A stretch of 64,000 bases of DNA. Source: Clostridia bacterium. GTDB taxonomy: Bacteria > Bacillota > Clostridia > Oscillospirales > Acutalibacteraceae. Within the stretch, counting starts at the first letter, position 1. Each line of letters begins with the position of its first letter. Positions 19,937-27,654 of this stretch are shown here, piece after piece. The notes under the pieces were generated by a model. The model saw nothing but the letters and a program-made list of their open reading frames with translations, did not search any database and was not told where the DNA came from. The translations under genes and the position numbers were made by a program. The DNA lies in NCBI GenBank assembly GCA_017437005.1, contig JAFSBZ010000042.1, positions 3,397 through 67,396 on the forward strand, given 5' to 3'.

Positions 19937-20047
19937 TCCCTCCACCACTCACGGTGATCCCCCTCCTAACAGGAGCGGTCTCCCTCTGTCCTTCGGACAT
20001 CTCCCTCACACTGTGAGGGAGGCTGCCCTTTAGGCAAGGGAGGCTTT
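19937..20047. repeat. GC-rich multi-hairpin intergenic element (copy A)
   Basis: Chain of perfect hairpins: ctcct-aac-aggag, tgtcc-ttcg-ggaca, ctccctcac-act-gtgagggag and ccctt-taggc-aaggg. The 5' part, tccaccactcacggtgatccccctcc, aligns with copy B. Confidence 0.55.
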
Positions 20048-20100
20048 TTGTTATAAATCACACATCTTAAATAATTGGGTTAGGCGACCAATATCGTTAT

Positions 20101-20167
20101 AACACATTTTTGTGTTATTGTCAACACATTTTTGTGTTTTGAGTTATAGTAACACTTGAGGTGTTAC
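20101..20167 (+). promoter_or_regulatory. three AACAC-N5/6-GTGTT palindromic operator-like sites upstream of XRE paralog 2
   Basis: aacacatttttgtgtt occurs at 20101-20116 and again at 20123-20138 (22-bp period). gtaacacttgaggtgttac at 20149-20167 encloses the RBS gagg. Confidence 0.5.
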
Positions 20168-20168
20168 T

Positions 20169-20390
20169 ATGGAATATATTTATCAAAGAGTTAGAGATTT
20201 AAGAGAAGATAAAGACTTGACACAAGCGCAAATTGCGAAGATATTAAATGTTTATACGACAACCTATCAACGATGGGAACGTGGCGAAACCGAAATTCCC
20301 AGCCATATAGTAAAGCAGTTAAGCATTTATTATAATGTTTCTGCAGATTATATTTTAGGCTTATCCGACTTACCGTATCCGAAAAGATAA
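20169..20390 (+). CDS. XRE-family helix-turn-helix regulator (paralog 2)
   Basis: 73 aa. Has VRDLREDKDLTQAQIAKILNVYTTTYQRWE and the tail VSADYILGLSDLPYPKR. Confidence 0.85.
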   Translation: MEYIYQRVRDLREDKDLTQAQIAKILNVYTTTYQRWERGETEIPSHIVKQLSIYYNVSADYILGLSDLPYPKR

Positions 20391-20393
20391 CAA

Positions 20394-20425
20394 AACTCCC
20401 GACTTAAAAATTCAAGTCGGGAGTT
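20394..20425. terminator. bidirectional rho-independent terminator
   Basis: Stem aactcccgactt/aagtcgggagtt between convergent XRE and trxB genes. Confidence 0.75.
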
Positions 20426-20429
20426 AATT

Positions 20430-21329
20430 TTATTTATCAATGTAGTCGCACGCAGCAAGGGCGGCAACGGCGCCGTCGGCGGCGGCTGTTGCTACCTGAC
20501 GGATTTTTTTTGTGCGGCAGTCACCTGCAACAAAAATGCCGTCGGCATTGGTAAGGCAGTTTTCGTCCGATGCTACGTAACCGCGTTCGTCAAGATTTAT
20601 AATGCCCTCAAAGGCCTCGTTTTGAGGAATAAGGCCAATGGCAACAAACATACCGTCTATATCGAGCTGCTTTTCGTTATCGTTACTGTCGGCAATGGTG
20701 ATACCTGTAAGTGTGGTGTCACCAATAATGCCTTTTACGGTATGGCCTAAAATAATCTCGACGTTTTCTTTTGCAGTTAGTTTTTCTTGTAGCTTTTGTT
20801 CGCCCGTTAAAAAGTCAAGGTTTTGCACAACATAAACCTTTTTGGCGAGGTCAGAGAGCAAAATTGCCTCTTGCAAAGCGGAATTACCACCGCCAATAAC
20901 CGCAACGTCGCGTCCCGCGTAAAACGCACCGTCACACACTGCGCAAAAGGATATACCCTCGCCTATAAATTCTTCTTCACGAGGTAGTCCTAACATACGG
21001 TGCTTGGCACCTGTGGCAATTATAACGGTTTTTGCTTCAAAGTTGCCGCCGTCGGTAACTACGGTTTTAATATCTCCTTGTTTGATTTCTAAAACCTCGG
21101 CACATTCAACCTCTGCGTCAAGACCAAGTGCTTGTTCCACTAACTTTTCGGCAAACTCGTTGCCTGTAACTTCACTAAAGCCCGGTATATTTTCAACCTT
21201 TGGTGAAAAGGTGATTTGACCACCAAAAGAGCCTTTTTCTATTACGAGCACGCTTTTATTTGCGCGGCGAGCATAAACCGCCGCGGTAAGACCCGCAGGT
21301 CCGCCGCCTATAACTATAATGTCATACAT
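20430..21329 (-). CDS. trxB: thioredoxin-disulfide reductase-like flavoprotein lacking the HRRxxxR NADPH motif
   Basis: Start set at MYDIIVIGGGPAG (ATG 21329 after ggaga). Has the redox site CAVCDG, GGGNSA and GDC. The region aligned to E. coli HLIHRRDGFRAEK reads VYVVQNLDFLTGEQ. Confidence 0.85.
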   Translation of the reverse strand: MYDIIVIGGGPAGLTAAVYARRANKSVLVIEKGSFGGQITFSPKVENIPGFSEVTGNEFAEKLVEQALGLDAEVECAEVLEIKQGDIKTVVTDGGNFEAKTVIIATGAKHRMLGLPREEEFIGEGISFCAVCDGAFYAGRDVAVIGGGNSALQEAILLSDLAKKVYVVQNLDFLTGEQKLQEKLTAKENVEIILGHTVKGIIGDTTLTGITIADSNDNEKQLDIDGMFVAIGLIPQNEAFEGIINLDERGYVASDENCLTNADGIFVAGDCRTKKIRQVATAAADGAVAALAACDYIDK

Positions 21330-21380
21330 AATTTTCTCCATAAAATAAAACGACCATCACTCAAAACTTGTGTCAAACAT

Positions 21381-21495
21381 AGGCTTCTCCTTGAGGAGAA
21401 GCTGTCACCGTTAGGTGACTGATGAGGTGTAACCAATCACAGCTACACCTCATCCACCGCTTTTGCGGTCCCCCTTCCCCTCAAGGGGAAGGCTT
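21381..21495. repeat. GC-rich multi-hairpin intergenic element (copy B) with hairpin-forming terminal inverted repeats
   Basis: Five perfect hairpins: gcttctcc/ggagaagc, gtcacc/ggtgac, gatgaggtgta/tacacctcatc, accgc/gcggt and ccttcccc/ggggaagg. The left end ggcttctccttgaggagaag matches the reverse complement of the right end, gccttccccttgaggggaag, at 17 of 20 positions. Confidence 0.6.
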
Positions 21496-21531
21496 TGATC
21501 CACAAATTTTTGGGACAGCCATTTTTAAATT

Positions 21532-23898
21532 TTAAGCGTTTAAGTATTTCTTTATATCAGATACGCCTGTATATTTTGTAGCGTTTCCGTTTTCTACAAC
21601 AACGAGTGTAGGTGCTTGCTTAATGCCAAGAGCATTTACAGCCTCTACATTTTCATTAGCAAGAAGCTTGTTAAAGATAACGCCGGCCTTATCAAGCAAA
21701 GATACCGCTATTTTGCAGTTAGGACAGGTTGCTGTTGTAAAAAGATAGTTGCCGTCAGCAAGTACTGCATCGTTCTTTTCTTCACAATTGCACGTGTCCT
21801 TTACACCTTCGTGTGTAAGCTTAGAATTTTCAATATCATAAACCTTACGGTCTTTAAATTCCTGAGACTTACCGTCATTCCAGTTTTGAACAGGACGGTA
21901 GTAACCTGTAATACGGCTGTAAACCTCGGTGCGCTCACCGCAGTCGGGACAGGTATATTCTTCGCCCGCAATGTAACCGTGATTTTTACATACAGAGTAT
22001 GTTGGAGACATTGTGTAGTAAGGCAAACGATAGTTTTCGGCAATCTTTCTTACAAGATTTGCAGCAGCCTTCCAATCGGGAAGCTTTTCACCCAAGAATG
22101 CGTGGAATACTGTACCTGAAGTATAAAGTGTCTGCAACTCATCTTGAACGTCAAGTGCCGAGAAGATATCCTCGGTATAACCAACAGGCAAATGTGAAGA
22201 GTTGGTGTAGTAAGGTGTCTCGCCAGGTCCTCTGCCCGCAGTAATTATGTTTGGATAGTGCTTAAGGTCATGTTTAGCAAGACGGAAAGCAGTTGACTCT
22301 GCAGGGGTAGCCTCAAGGTTATAGAGGTCGCCGTACTGCTCTTGATAGTCAGAAAGACGCTCACGCATATGATTAAGAACATCTTTTGTAAAGTTTTGGG
22401 TCTTTTCGTGGGTAAGGTCAACACCCAACCACTTAGCATTAAGGCCAACCTCGTTCATACCAACAAGACCAAGGGTTGAGAAATGATTATTAAATGTACC
22501 CAAATATCTCTTGGTGTATGGATAAAGGCCAGCTTCAAGAAGCTTTGTAATAACTGTACGCTTAACGTGAAGCGAACGAGCCGAAATGTCCATTATCTTA
22601 TCAAGACGAGCGTAGAAATCAGCCTCATCCTTTGCAAGATAAGCAATACGTGGCATATTAATGGTAACAACGCCTACAGAACCGGTTGATTCGCCGCTAC
22701 CAAAGAAGCCGCCTGACTTTTTACGAAGCTCACGGAGGTCAAGACGAAGTCTGCAGCACATTGAACGAACGTCCGAAGGTTCCATATCGCTGTTGATGTA
22801 GTTTGAGAAATATGGTGTGCCGTATTTTGCGGTCATTTCAAAGAGAAGCTTGTTGTTCTCGGTTTCAGACCAGTCGAAATCACGTGTGATTGAATAGGTA
22901 GGAATTGGATACTGGAAGCCACGACCGTTAGCATCGCCTTCGATCATAATTTCAATAAACGCTTTGTTTATCATATCCATTTCTTTTTTACAATCCTTGT
23001 ACTTAAAGTCCATTTCCTTGCCGCCAACAATACAGTTAAGCTCGGCGAGGTCATTTGGAACTGTCCAGTCAAGTGTAATATTGGTAAACGGTGACTGTGT
23101 ACCCCAACGAGATGGAGTGTTTACACCGTAGATAAAGCTTTGAATACACTGTTTAACCTCTTTGTAGCTGAGGTTATCAACCTTTGCAAAAGGAGCGAGG
23201 TATGTATCAAATGATGAAAACGCCTGTGCACCTGCCCATTCGTTTTGCATAATACCAAGGAAGTTAACCATCTGGTTACAAAGGGTTGACAAATGGCTTG
23301 CGGGAGCGGATGTAATTTTACCCGGTACGCCGCCAAGACCCTCTTGAATAAGCTGCTTAAGTGACCAACCTGCACAGTAGCCGGTAAGCATAGAAAGGTC
23401 GTGAATGTGAATGTCGGCATTGCGGTGAGCGTTACCAATCTCATCATCATAGATTTCAGAAAGCCAATAGTTAGCCGTAACTGCTCCTGAGTTTGAAAGA
23501 ATAAGACCGCCTACAGAATAGGTAACTGTAGAATTTTCCTTAACGCGCCAGTCATTTATATTAAGATAGTTGTCTATAATTGCTTTATAGTCAACCATTG
23601 TAGCATTAATGTTACGAACCTTTTCGCGCTGACGACGATATATAATGTATGCCTTGGCAACATCGTCATAACCTGCTTTAATAAGCACAGATTCTACACT
23701 ATCCTGAATATTTTCGACAGTAACCTTACCATCCTCAATTTTATCGGTAAAATCAGCAGTAACCTTAAGTGCTAAAAAATCAATTACGTCTTGATTATAT
23801 GCTTTTTGGCAAGCATCAAATGCCTGTTTGATGGCTTCGCTAATTTTTTGCAGGTCAAAATTTACAAGTTTTCCATCACGTTTTACTACGTTATACAT
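21532..23898 (-). CDS. nrdD: anaerobic ribonucleoside-triphosphate reductase with a C-terminal CPxC glutaredoxin/thioredoxin-like domain
   Basis: 788 aa. Has an ATP-cone start (VVKRDGKLVNFDLQKI), SMCCRLRL, the zinc site CPDCG and the glycyl-radical motif SRITGYYRPV. 118 further residues end in YLFTTATCPNCKIAVSLLDKAGV...APTLVVVENG... Confidence 0.92.
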   Translation of the reverse strand: MYNVVKRDGKLVNFDLQKISEAIKQAFDACQKAYNQDVIDFLALKVTADFTDKIEDGKVTVENIQDSVESVLIKAGYDDVAKAYIIYRRQREKVRNINATMVDYKAIIDNYLNINDWRVKENSTVTYSVGGLILSNSGAVTANYWLSEIYDDEIGNAHRNADIHIHDLSMLTGYCAGWSLKQLIQEGLGGVPGKITSAPASHLSTLCNQMVNFLGIMQNEWAGAQAFSSFDTYLAPFAKVDNLSYKEVKQCIQSFIYGVNTPSRWGTQSPFTNITLDWTVPNDLAELNCIVGGKEMDFKYKDCKKEMDMINKAFIEIMIEGDANGRGFQYPIPTYSITRDFDWSETENNKLLFEMTAKYGTPYFSNYINSDMEPSDVRSMCCRLRLDLRELRKKSGGFFGSGESTGSVGVVTINMPRIAYLAKDEADFYARLDKIMDISARSLHVKRTVITKLLEAGLYPYTKRYLGTFNNHFSTLGLVGMNEVGLNAKWLGVDLTHEKTQNFTKDVLNHMRERLSDYQEQYGDLYNLEATPAESTAFRLAKHDLKHYPNIITAGRGPGETPYYTNSSHLPVGYTEDIFSALDVQDELQTLYTSGTVFHAFLGEKLPDWKAAANLVRKIAENYRLPYYTMSPTYSVCKNHGYIAGEEYTCPDCGERTEVYSRITGYYRPVQNWNDGKSQEFKDRKVYDIENSKLTHEGVKDTCNCEEKNDAVLADGNYLFTTATCPNCKIAVSLLDKAGVIFNKLLANENVEAVNALGIKQAPTLVVVENGNATKYTGVSDIKKYLNA

Positions 23899-23947
23899 AT
23901 CTTAATCCCCTTCTTTTAATATATTCCCTCATTTGAGGGTGAGCAAG

Positions 23948-24004
23948 ATACATTATATATGATAGCAAACGCTTTGTCAATAGTAAAAACACAATATATT
24001 GTGT
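23948..24004 (-). promoter_or_regulatory. nrdD promoter with two NrdR boxes
   Basis: On the minus strand: TTGACA (23975-23980), a 17-nt spacer, TATAAT (23952-23957). The perfect palindrome acacaatatattgtgt at 23989-24004 lies upstream of the -35. atacattatatatgat at 23948-23963 overlaps the -10. The box centres are 41 bp apart. Confidence 0.7.
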
Positions 24005-24697
24005 TTATATTCCGCGAATTTCCACTTTCGGTATTATATCTTGTGCCGTAAGCCGCATTAAATCAAGGGTTTCACGATTTAATGCTGATAAATTATTTTT
24101 TATAAGATCACCCGAATCAATAAAATTTTGCAAAAAGTACTTGTCGGCACCTTTTATCCACTCGGCAATTTTTTTGATATCTTCTACCGTGTGATACTCC
24201 TTTACAACGGTTGTGCGAAACTCAAAGTCGATTTTATGTTGTTTTAAAATCTCGATGCTTTTCTCTACATTTTGTAAATCTTCCTTACTACATTCGGCAG
24301 TAAGGATATATTTTTCCTGCGCATTTTTAATATCCATTGCAACGTAATCTATAAGCTTGCTGTCTATTAATGCGGCAAGACGGTCGGGATAAGAACCGTT
24401 TGTATCCAATTTCACAAGATAGTCTAAGTCTTTTACCTTTTTAATAAACTCCGGCAATTCCTTATGCATAAGTGGTTCACCACCTGTAATACAAACACCG
24501 TCAAGCAGGCCCTTGCGTTTTTTAAGGTAGGTTAAAATTTCTTCTTCGCTGTAAAAATTGGTATTATCGATATGTGTTACCAAAGAAGCATTGTGACAAA
24601 AAGGACAGCGAAAATTGCACCCTGCGGTAAACAGGGTGCATGCAGTTTTTTCAGGATAATCGAGTAATGTTAATTTTTGAAATCCACTAAATTGCAT
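24005..24697 (-). CDS. nrdG: anaerobic ribonucleoside-triphosphate reductase activating protein (radical SAM)
   Basis: Start set at MQFSGFQK (24697, RBS aaagga). Has CNFRCPFCHN and GVCITGGEP. Confidence 0.9.
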   Translation of the reverse strand: MQFSGFQKLTLLDYPEKTACTLFTAGCNFRCPFCHNASLVTHIDNTNFYSEEEILTYLKKRKGLLDGVCITGGEPLMHKELPEFIKKVKDLDYLVKLDTNGSYPDRLAALIDSKLIDYVAMDIKNAQEKYILTAECSKEDLQNVEKSIEILKQHKIDFEFRTTVVKEYHTVEDIKKIAEWIKGADKYFLQNFIDSGDLIKNNLSALNRETLDLMRLTAQDIIPKVEIRGI

Positions 24698-24713
24698 TTT
24701 AATTTTCCTTTGA

Positions 24714-26033
24714 TTAATTATCGGCTGCAAACTGTTCGGCTATTGCCTTTTTGCTATCAGGTCTTGAATCGCCGTGGCGAACAAAACACATAGTAACAAA
24801 TGATGCCACCGAAAAGATTACTGCGTATGGGAATAATACTTCGTATCCCCACCATTTAATAAGCATACCCGAAAGCAAGGGTGTAACTATTTGAGCCGCC
24901 ATAGAGAATGTATAGTAATAGCCTGTGTATTTGCCCACATCCGAGCCGGTGCACATTTCTACAACCATTGGGAACGAGTTTACGTTTATTGAAGCCCAGC
25001 CAATACCTATGATACCAAACATTACATACATAATCCAAGGATTTTGAGTGGCCGTTTTTGCATCTACAAAAATTGCAACGGTATAACAAATTGTCATTAA
25101 AACTATGCCAAAAAGAACCGCTTTTTTTCTACCGATCTTGCTTGACAAGAAGCCAAGTGGCACAAATGCCGCTATTGCCGCAACGGTTGCCACGGTTAAG
25201 AACATTGAGGATGCACCAAGATCAATGTTCCATATCTTAATACAATATCGTGAAAATGTTGTTGTTACACCGTTGTATGCGGTATACCACAAAAATACAG
25301 AAAGCAATATAAGCACAAGACTCACTACAACAGGTTTAGAAAGCTTTGCACCCTTGCCTGATGTTTCCTCTTCCTCGTCTTTGATATTTGTTTCAGCCAG
25401 CACCTTGTTTTCTTTTACAGTAAGCACCATAATAAGAACGGATACAAGCATAAATCCTGCTATTATTAAAAACACGGGGGTAAAAGATTGATTAGATGCA
25501 TAAATCTTTTTTTCTTCACCGTTTACAATAACCGTTTCGCTCTTTAGCATAAACATCATTAAAATGGTTGCAAAAATACCGCCAACGTAACCAACCAAAT
25601 TTATAATAGCGTTACCTTTACTACGAAGCGGTTTTTCGGTAACATCGGGCATATATGCCACAGCGGGTGAACGATAGGTCGCCATTACAACAAGCAATGC
25701 CATAAGGGTAATAATAAATCCCCAAAAATCAACCTTACTTTCAAAGTATGCTAAAACGCAAAGCAAAATAACCGATCCTATTGTTCCATATAATATATAT
25801 GGTGTACGCTTACCAAGTTTTGTGTGTGTTTTGTCAGAAAGCTTACCAAAAAGGGGTAGCATAAAAACTGCCAACACATTGTCTGCTGCCATAAATGCGT
25901 TTGCAACAGGTGTATCAAGTTTAAATTTTTCTTCTAAAACATATGGTATTACCTGATCATAAAACTGCCAGAAAGCAAGTATTGCCATAAATGCAAAGCC
26001 AATAAGTATGGTGCGCTTATAATTTAACTTCAT
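24714..26033 (-). CDS. MFS transporter
   Basis: 439 aa with about 12 TM segments. Has the GKLSDKTHTKLGKRTPY loop typical of GPH/SLC45-like MFS transporters. Substrate unknown. Confidence 0.75.
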   Translation of the reverse strand: MKLNYKRTILIGFAFMAILAFWQFYDQVIPYVLEEKFKLDTPVANAFMAADNVLAVFMLPLFGKLSDKTHTKLGKRTPYILYGTIGSVILLCVLAYFESKVDFWGFIITLMALLVVMATYRSPAVAYMPDVTEKPLRSKGNAIINLVGYVGGIFATILMMFMLKSETVIVNGEEKKIYASNQSFTPVFLIIAGFMLVSVLIMVLTVKENKVLAETNIKDEEEETSGKGAKLSKPVVVSLVLILLSVFLWYTAYNGVTTTFSRYCIKIWNIDLGASSMFLTVATVAAIAAFVPLGFLSSKIGRKKAVLFGIVLMTICYTVAIFVDAKTATQNPWIMYVMFGIIGIGWASINVNSFPMVVEMCTGSDVGKYTGYYYTFSMAAQIVTPLLSGMLIKWWGYEVLFPYAVIFSVASFVTMCFVRHGDSRPDSKKAIAEQFAADN

Positions 26034-26054
26034 AATTTCATCCCCTTATGCTTT

Positions 26055-26876
26055 TTAAATAAGTTCTATTATTGCGGCGAGGTTTCCACGTTTGCCACCG
26101 GTCGCCCTGTGAGAATGTAACTTGTCAGAATTACAACAAGTACAAATATCACTTACATCTATATTTTCTTCTTTTATTCCTGCCGATATTAAAATATTTT
26201 TGTTGGCATTAACAAGGTTTAACATAAAATGATTTTCATCCTTGCCTTCACGAAAAACGTTGGTAATATCTATACCGCTTTCTACAAAAGCATCAAAAAC
26301 AGGTGTGTCAACCTCATAACAATTTTGGCAAATACACGGACCTATTGCCGCTATTATATCAGACGGATTACATCCAAATTCGTTTATCATTTTTTCAACA
26401 GTTACTTTGCCGATTTGACTAACTGTGCCTCGCCAACCTGCGTGGCTTGTTGCGCAAACACGCTTTACAGGATCACAAAACAACAACGGCGTGCAATCGG
26501 CATATTGTGTTACAAGCGCAACACCAGACTCATTAGTTATAAGTCCGTCAACATCGTTGAACGATGGCTTTGTATATCCCGTGCCACAATCACTTTTTGT
26601 AACTATACGTACATTGTTTGTATGTGTTTGGCGGCTTAATACCAAATGGGAAATTTCAATCCCCACCGCGCCGCACAACCTGCGATAATTTTCTTCTACC
26701 GCACAAAAATCGTCGCCGCCCAAAAAACTTGTATTCATTGTAGCAAACTGTCCGCTACTGACACCTCCCAACCGCGTTGAAAATGTGTGTCGTACTGCTT
26801 TACACGCCTCAAGTCGAGGAAAGGTAATATAACACAAGTCACCCATTCTATTAATTTTTAAATTATTACTGTTCAT
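26055..26876 (-). CDS. pgeF: peptidoglycan editing factor PgeF (YfiH/DUF152 laccase-domain protein)
   Basis: Has QTHTNNV, DGLIT, ADCTPLLF and SHAGWRGT. Confidence 0.85.
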   Translation of the reverse strand: MNSNNLKINRMGDLCYITFPRLEACKAVRHTFSTRLGGVSSGQFATMNTSFLGGDDFCAVEENYRRLCGAVGIEISHLVLSRQTHTNNVRIVTKSDCGTGYTKPSFNDVDGLITNESGVALVTQYADCTPLLFCDPVKRVCATSHAGWRGTVSQIGKVTVEKMINEFGCNPSDIIAAIGPCICQNCYEVDTPVFDAFVESGIDITNVFREGKDENHFMLNLVNANKNILISAGIKEENIDVSDICTCCNSDKLHSHRATGGKRGNLAAIIELI

Positions 26877-27594
26877 TCGCAGCCTCTATCTCTTGTAAAA
26901 GTCGATTTGATTTAACAATAAGTCGATTATACTCTAATTCCCCAAGCCGCGCAGCGATTGTTTGCAACGCTTTATCAATTTGCGGTGGCCTAAAATCAGG
27001 AGAATGTGTATCGCTTGCAATATATGTTACATATCTTCCTTTAATCAATTTTTCACAAAGTCGCGCTGTTTCCTTCGATACCACGGCACTTGCGTTTATA
27101 TGCGCTACGGCATATCCGTCGGCTATAAGCTTTAGCAATTTTTTATATCCTGAAACTTTGTTATACCGTTCAATATGTGCAAGAATAGGTATTAATCCCT
27201 GACGTTCATTAATATCAATTATATCTTGCAAAACAATTTTCGTAATAGGCGCGCCGTAAGGCAACTCTAACAGCAAATAATTTGTTCCGCTTATTACAAA
27301 CTGCTTTATTGCGCTGCTTTTTCCCACACCGCTAAAATATCTAAGCTCGCATCCCAAGAAAACACGCGGCAGGTCCTGTTGCGAAATTGCAGATTGCAAT
27401 TCAACGTATGATTTTTGAGTCAAATTAATAAAATCTTCTGCATTATCGCTATCAGGATAAAAATGCGGTGTTGCTATAACGGCGGTTACCCCCTGTGATT
27501 TAAGCATCCCGAGTAGCTCGACAGACATTTGTATATCGCTTGCGCCGTCATCGACAGCGGGTAATATGTGTGAATGTATATCAAGAAAAGTCAT
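26866..27594 (-). CDS. protein-tyrosine phosphatase, CpsB/YwqE PHP family
   Basis: Has LDIHSHILPAVDDGA and ATPHF, with further PHP His/Asp motifs. Confidence 0.85.
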   Translation of the reverse strand: MTFLDIHSHILPAVDDGASDIQMSVELLGMLKSQGVTAVIATPHFYPDSDNAEDFINLTQKSYVELQSAISQQDLPRVFLGCELRYFSGVGKSSAIKQFVISGTNYLLLELPYGAPITKIVLQDIIDINERQGLIPILAHIERYNKVSGYKKLLKLIADGYAVAHINASAVVSKETARLCEKLIKGRYVTYIASDTHSPDFRPPQIDKALQTIAARLGELEYNRLIVKSNRLLQEIEAANEQ

Positions 27595-27607
27595 ACTTTA
27601 CCTTCTT

Positions 27608-27645
27608 TGCAAAAAATCGGGAAAACGCCTAAGGTTCTCCCGATT
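27608..27645 (-). terminator. hairpin terminator/attenuator between the BY-kinase and phosphatase genes
   Basis: Stem aatcgggaaaac/gttctcccgatt with one mismatch, flanked by A/T runs on both sides. Confidence 0.45.
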
Positions 27646-27654
27646 TTTAAAAAT

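Noticed and set aside
21616-23450. Several 60-170-aa ORFs inside or antisense to nrdD
   Set aside because: They are nested in a gene with continuous, strongly conserved NrdD motifs and are typical shadow ORFs.
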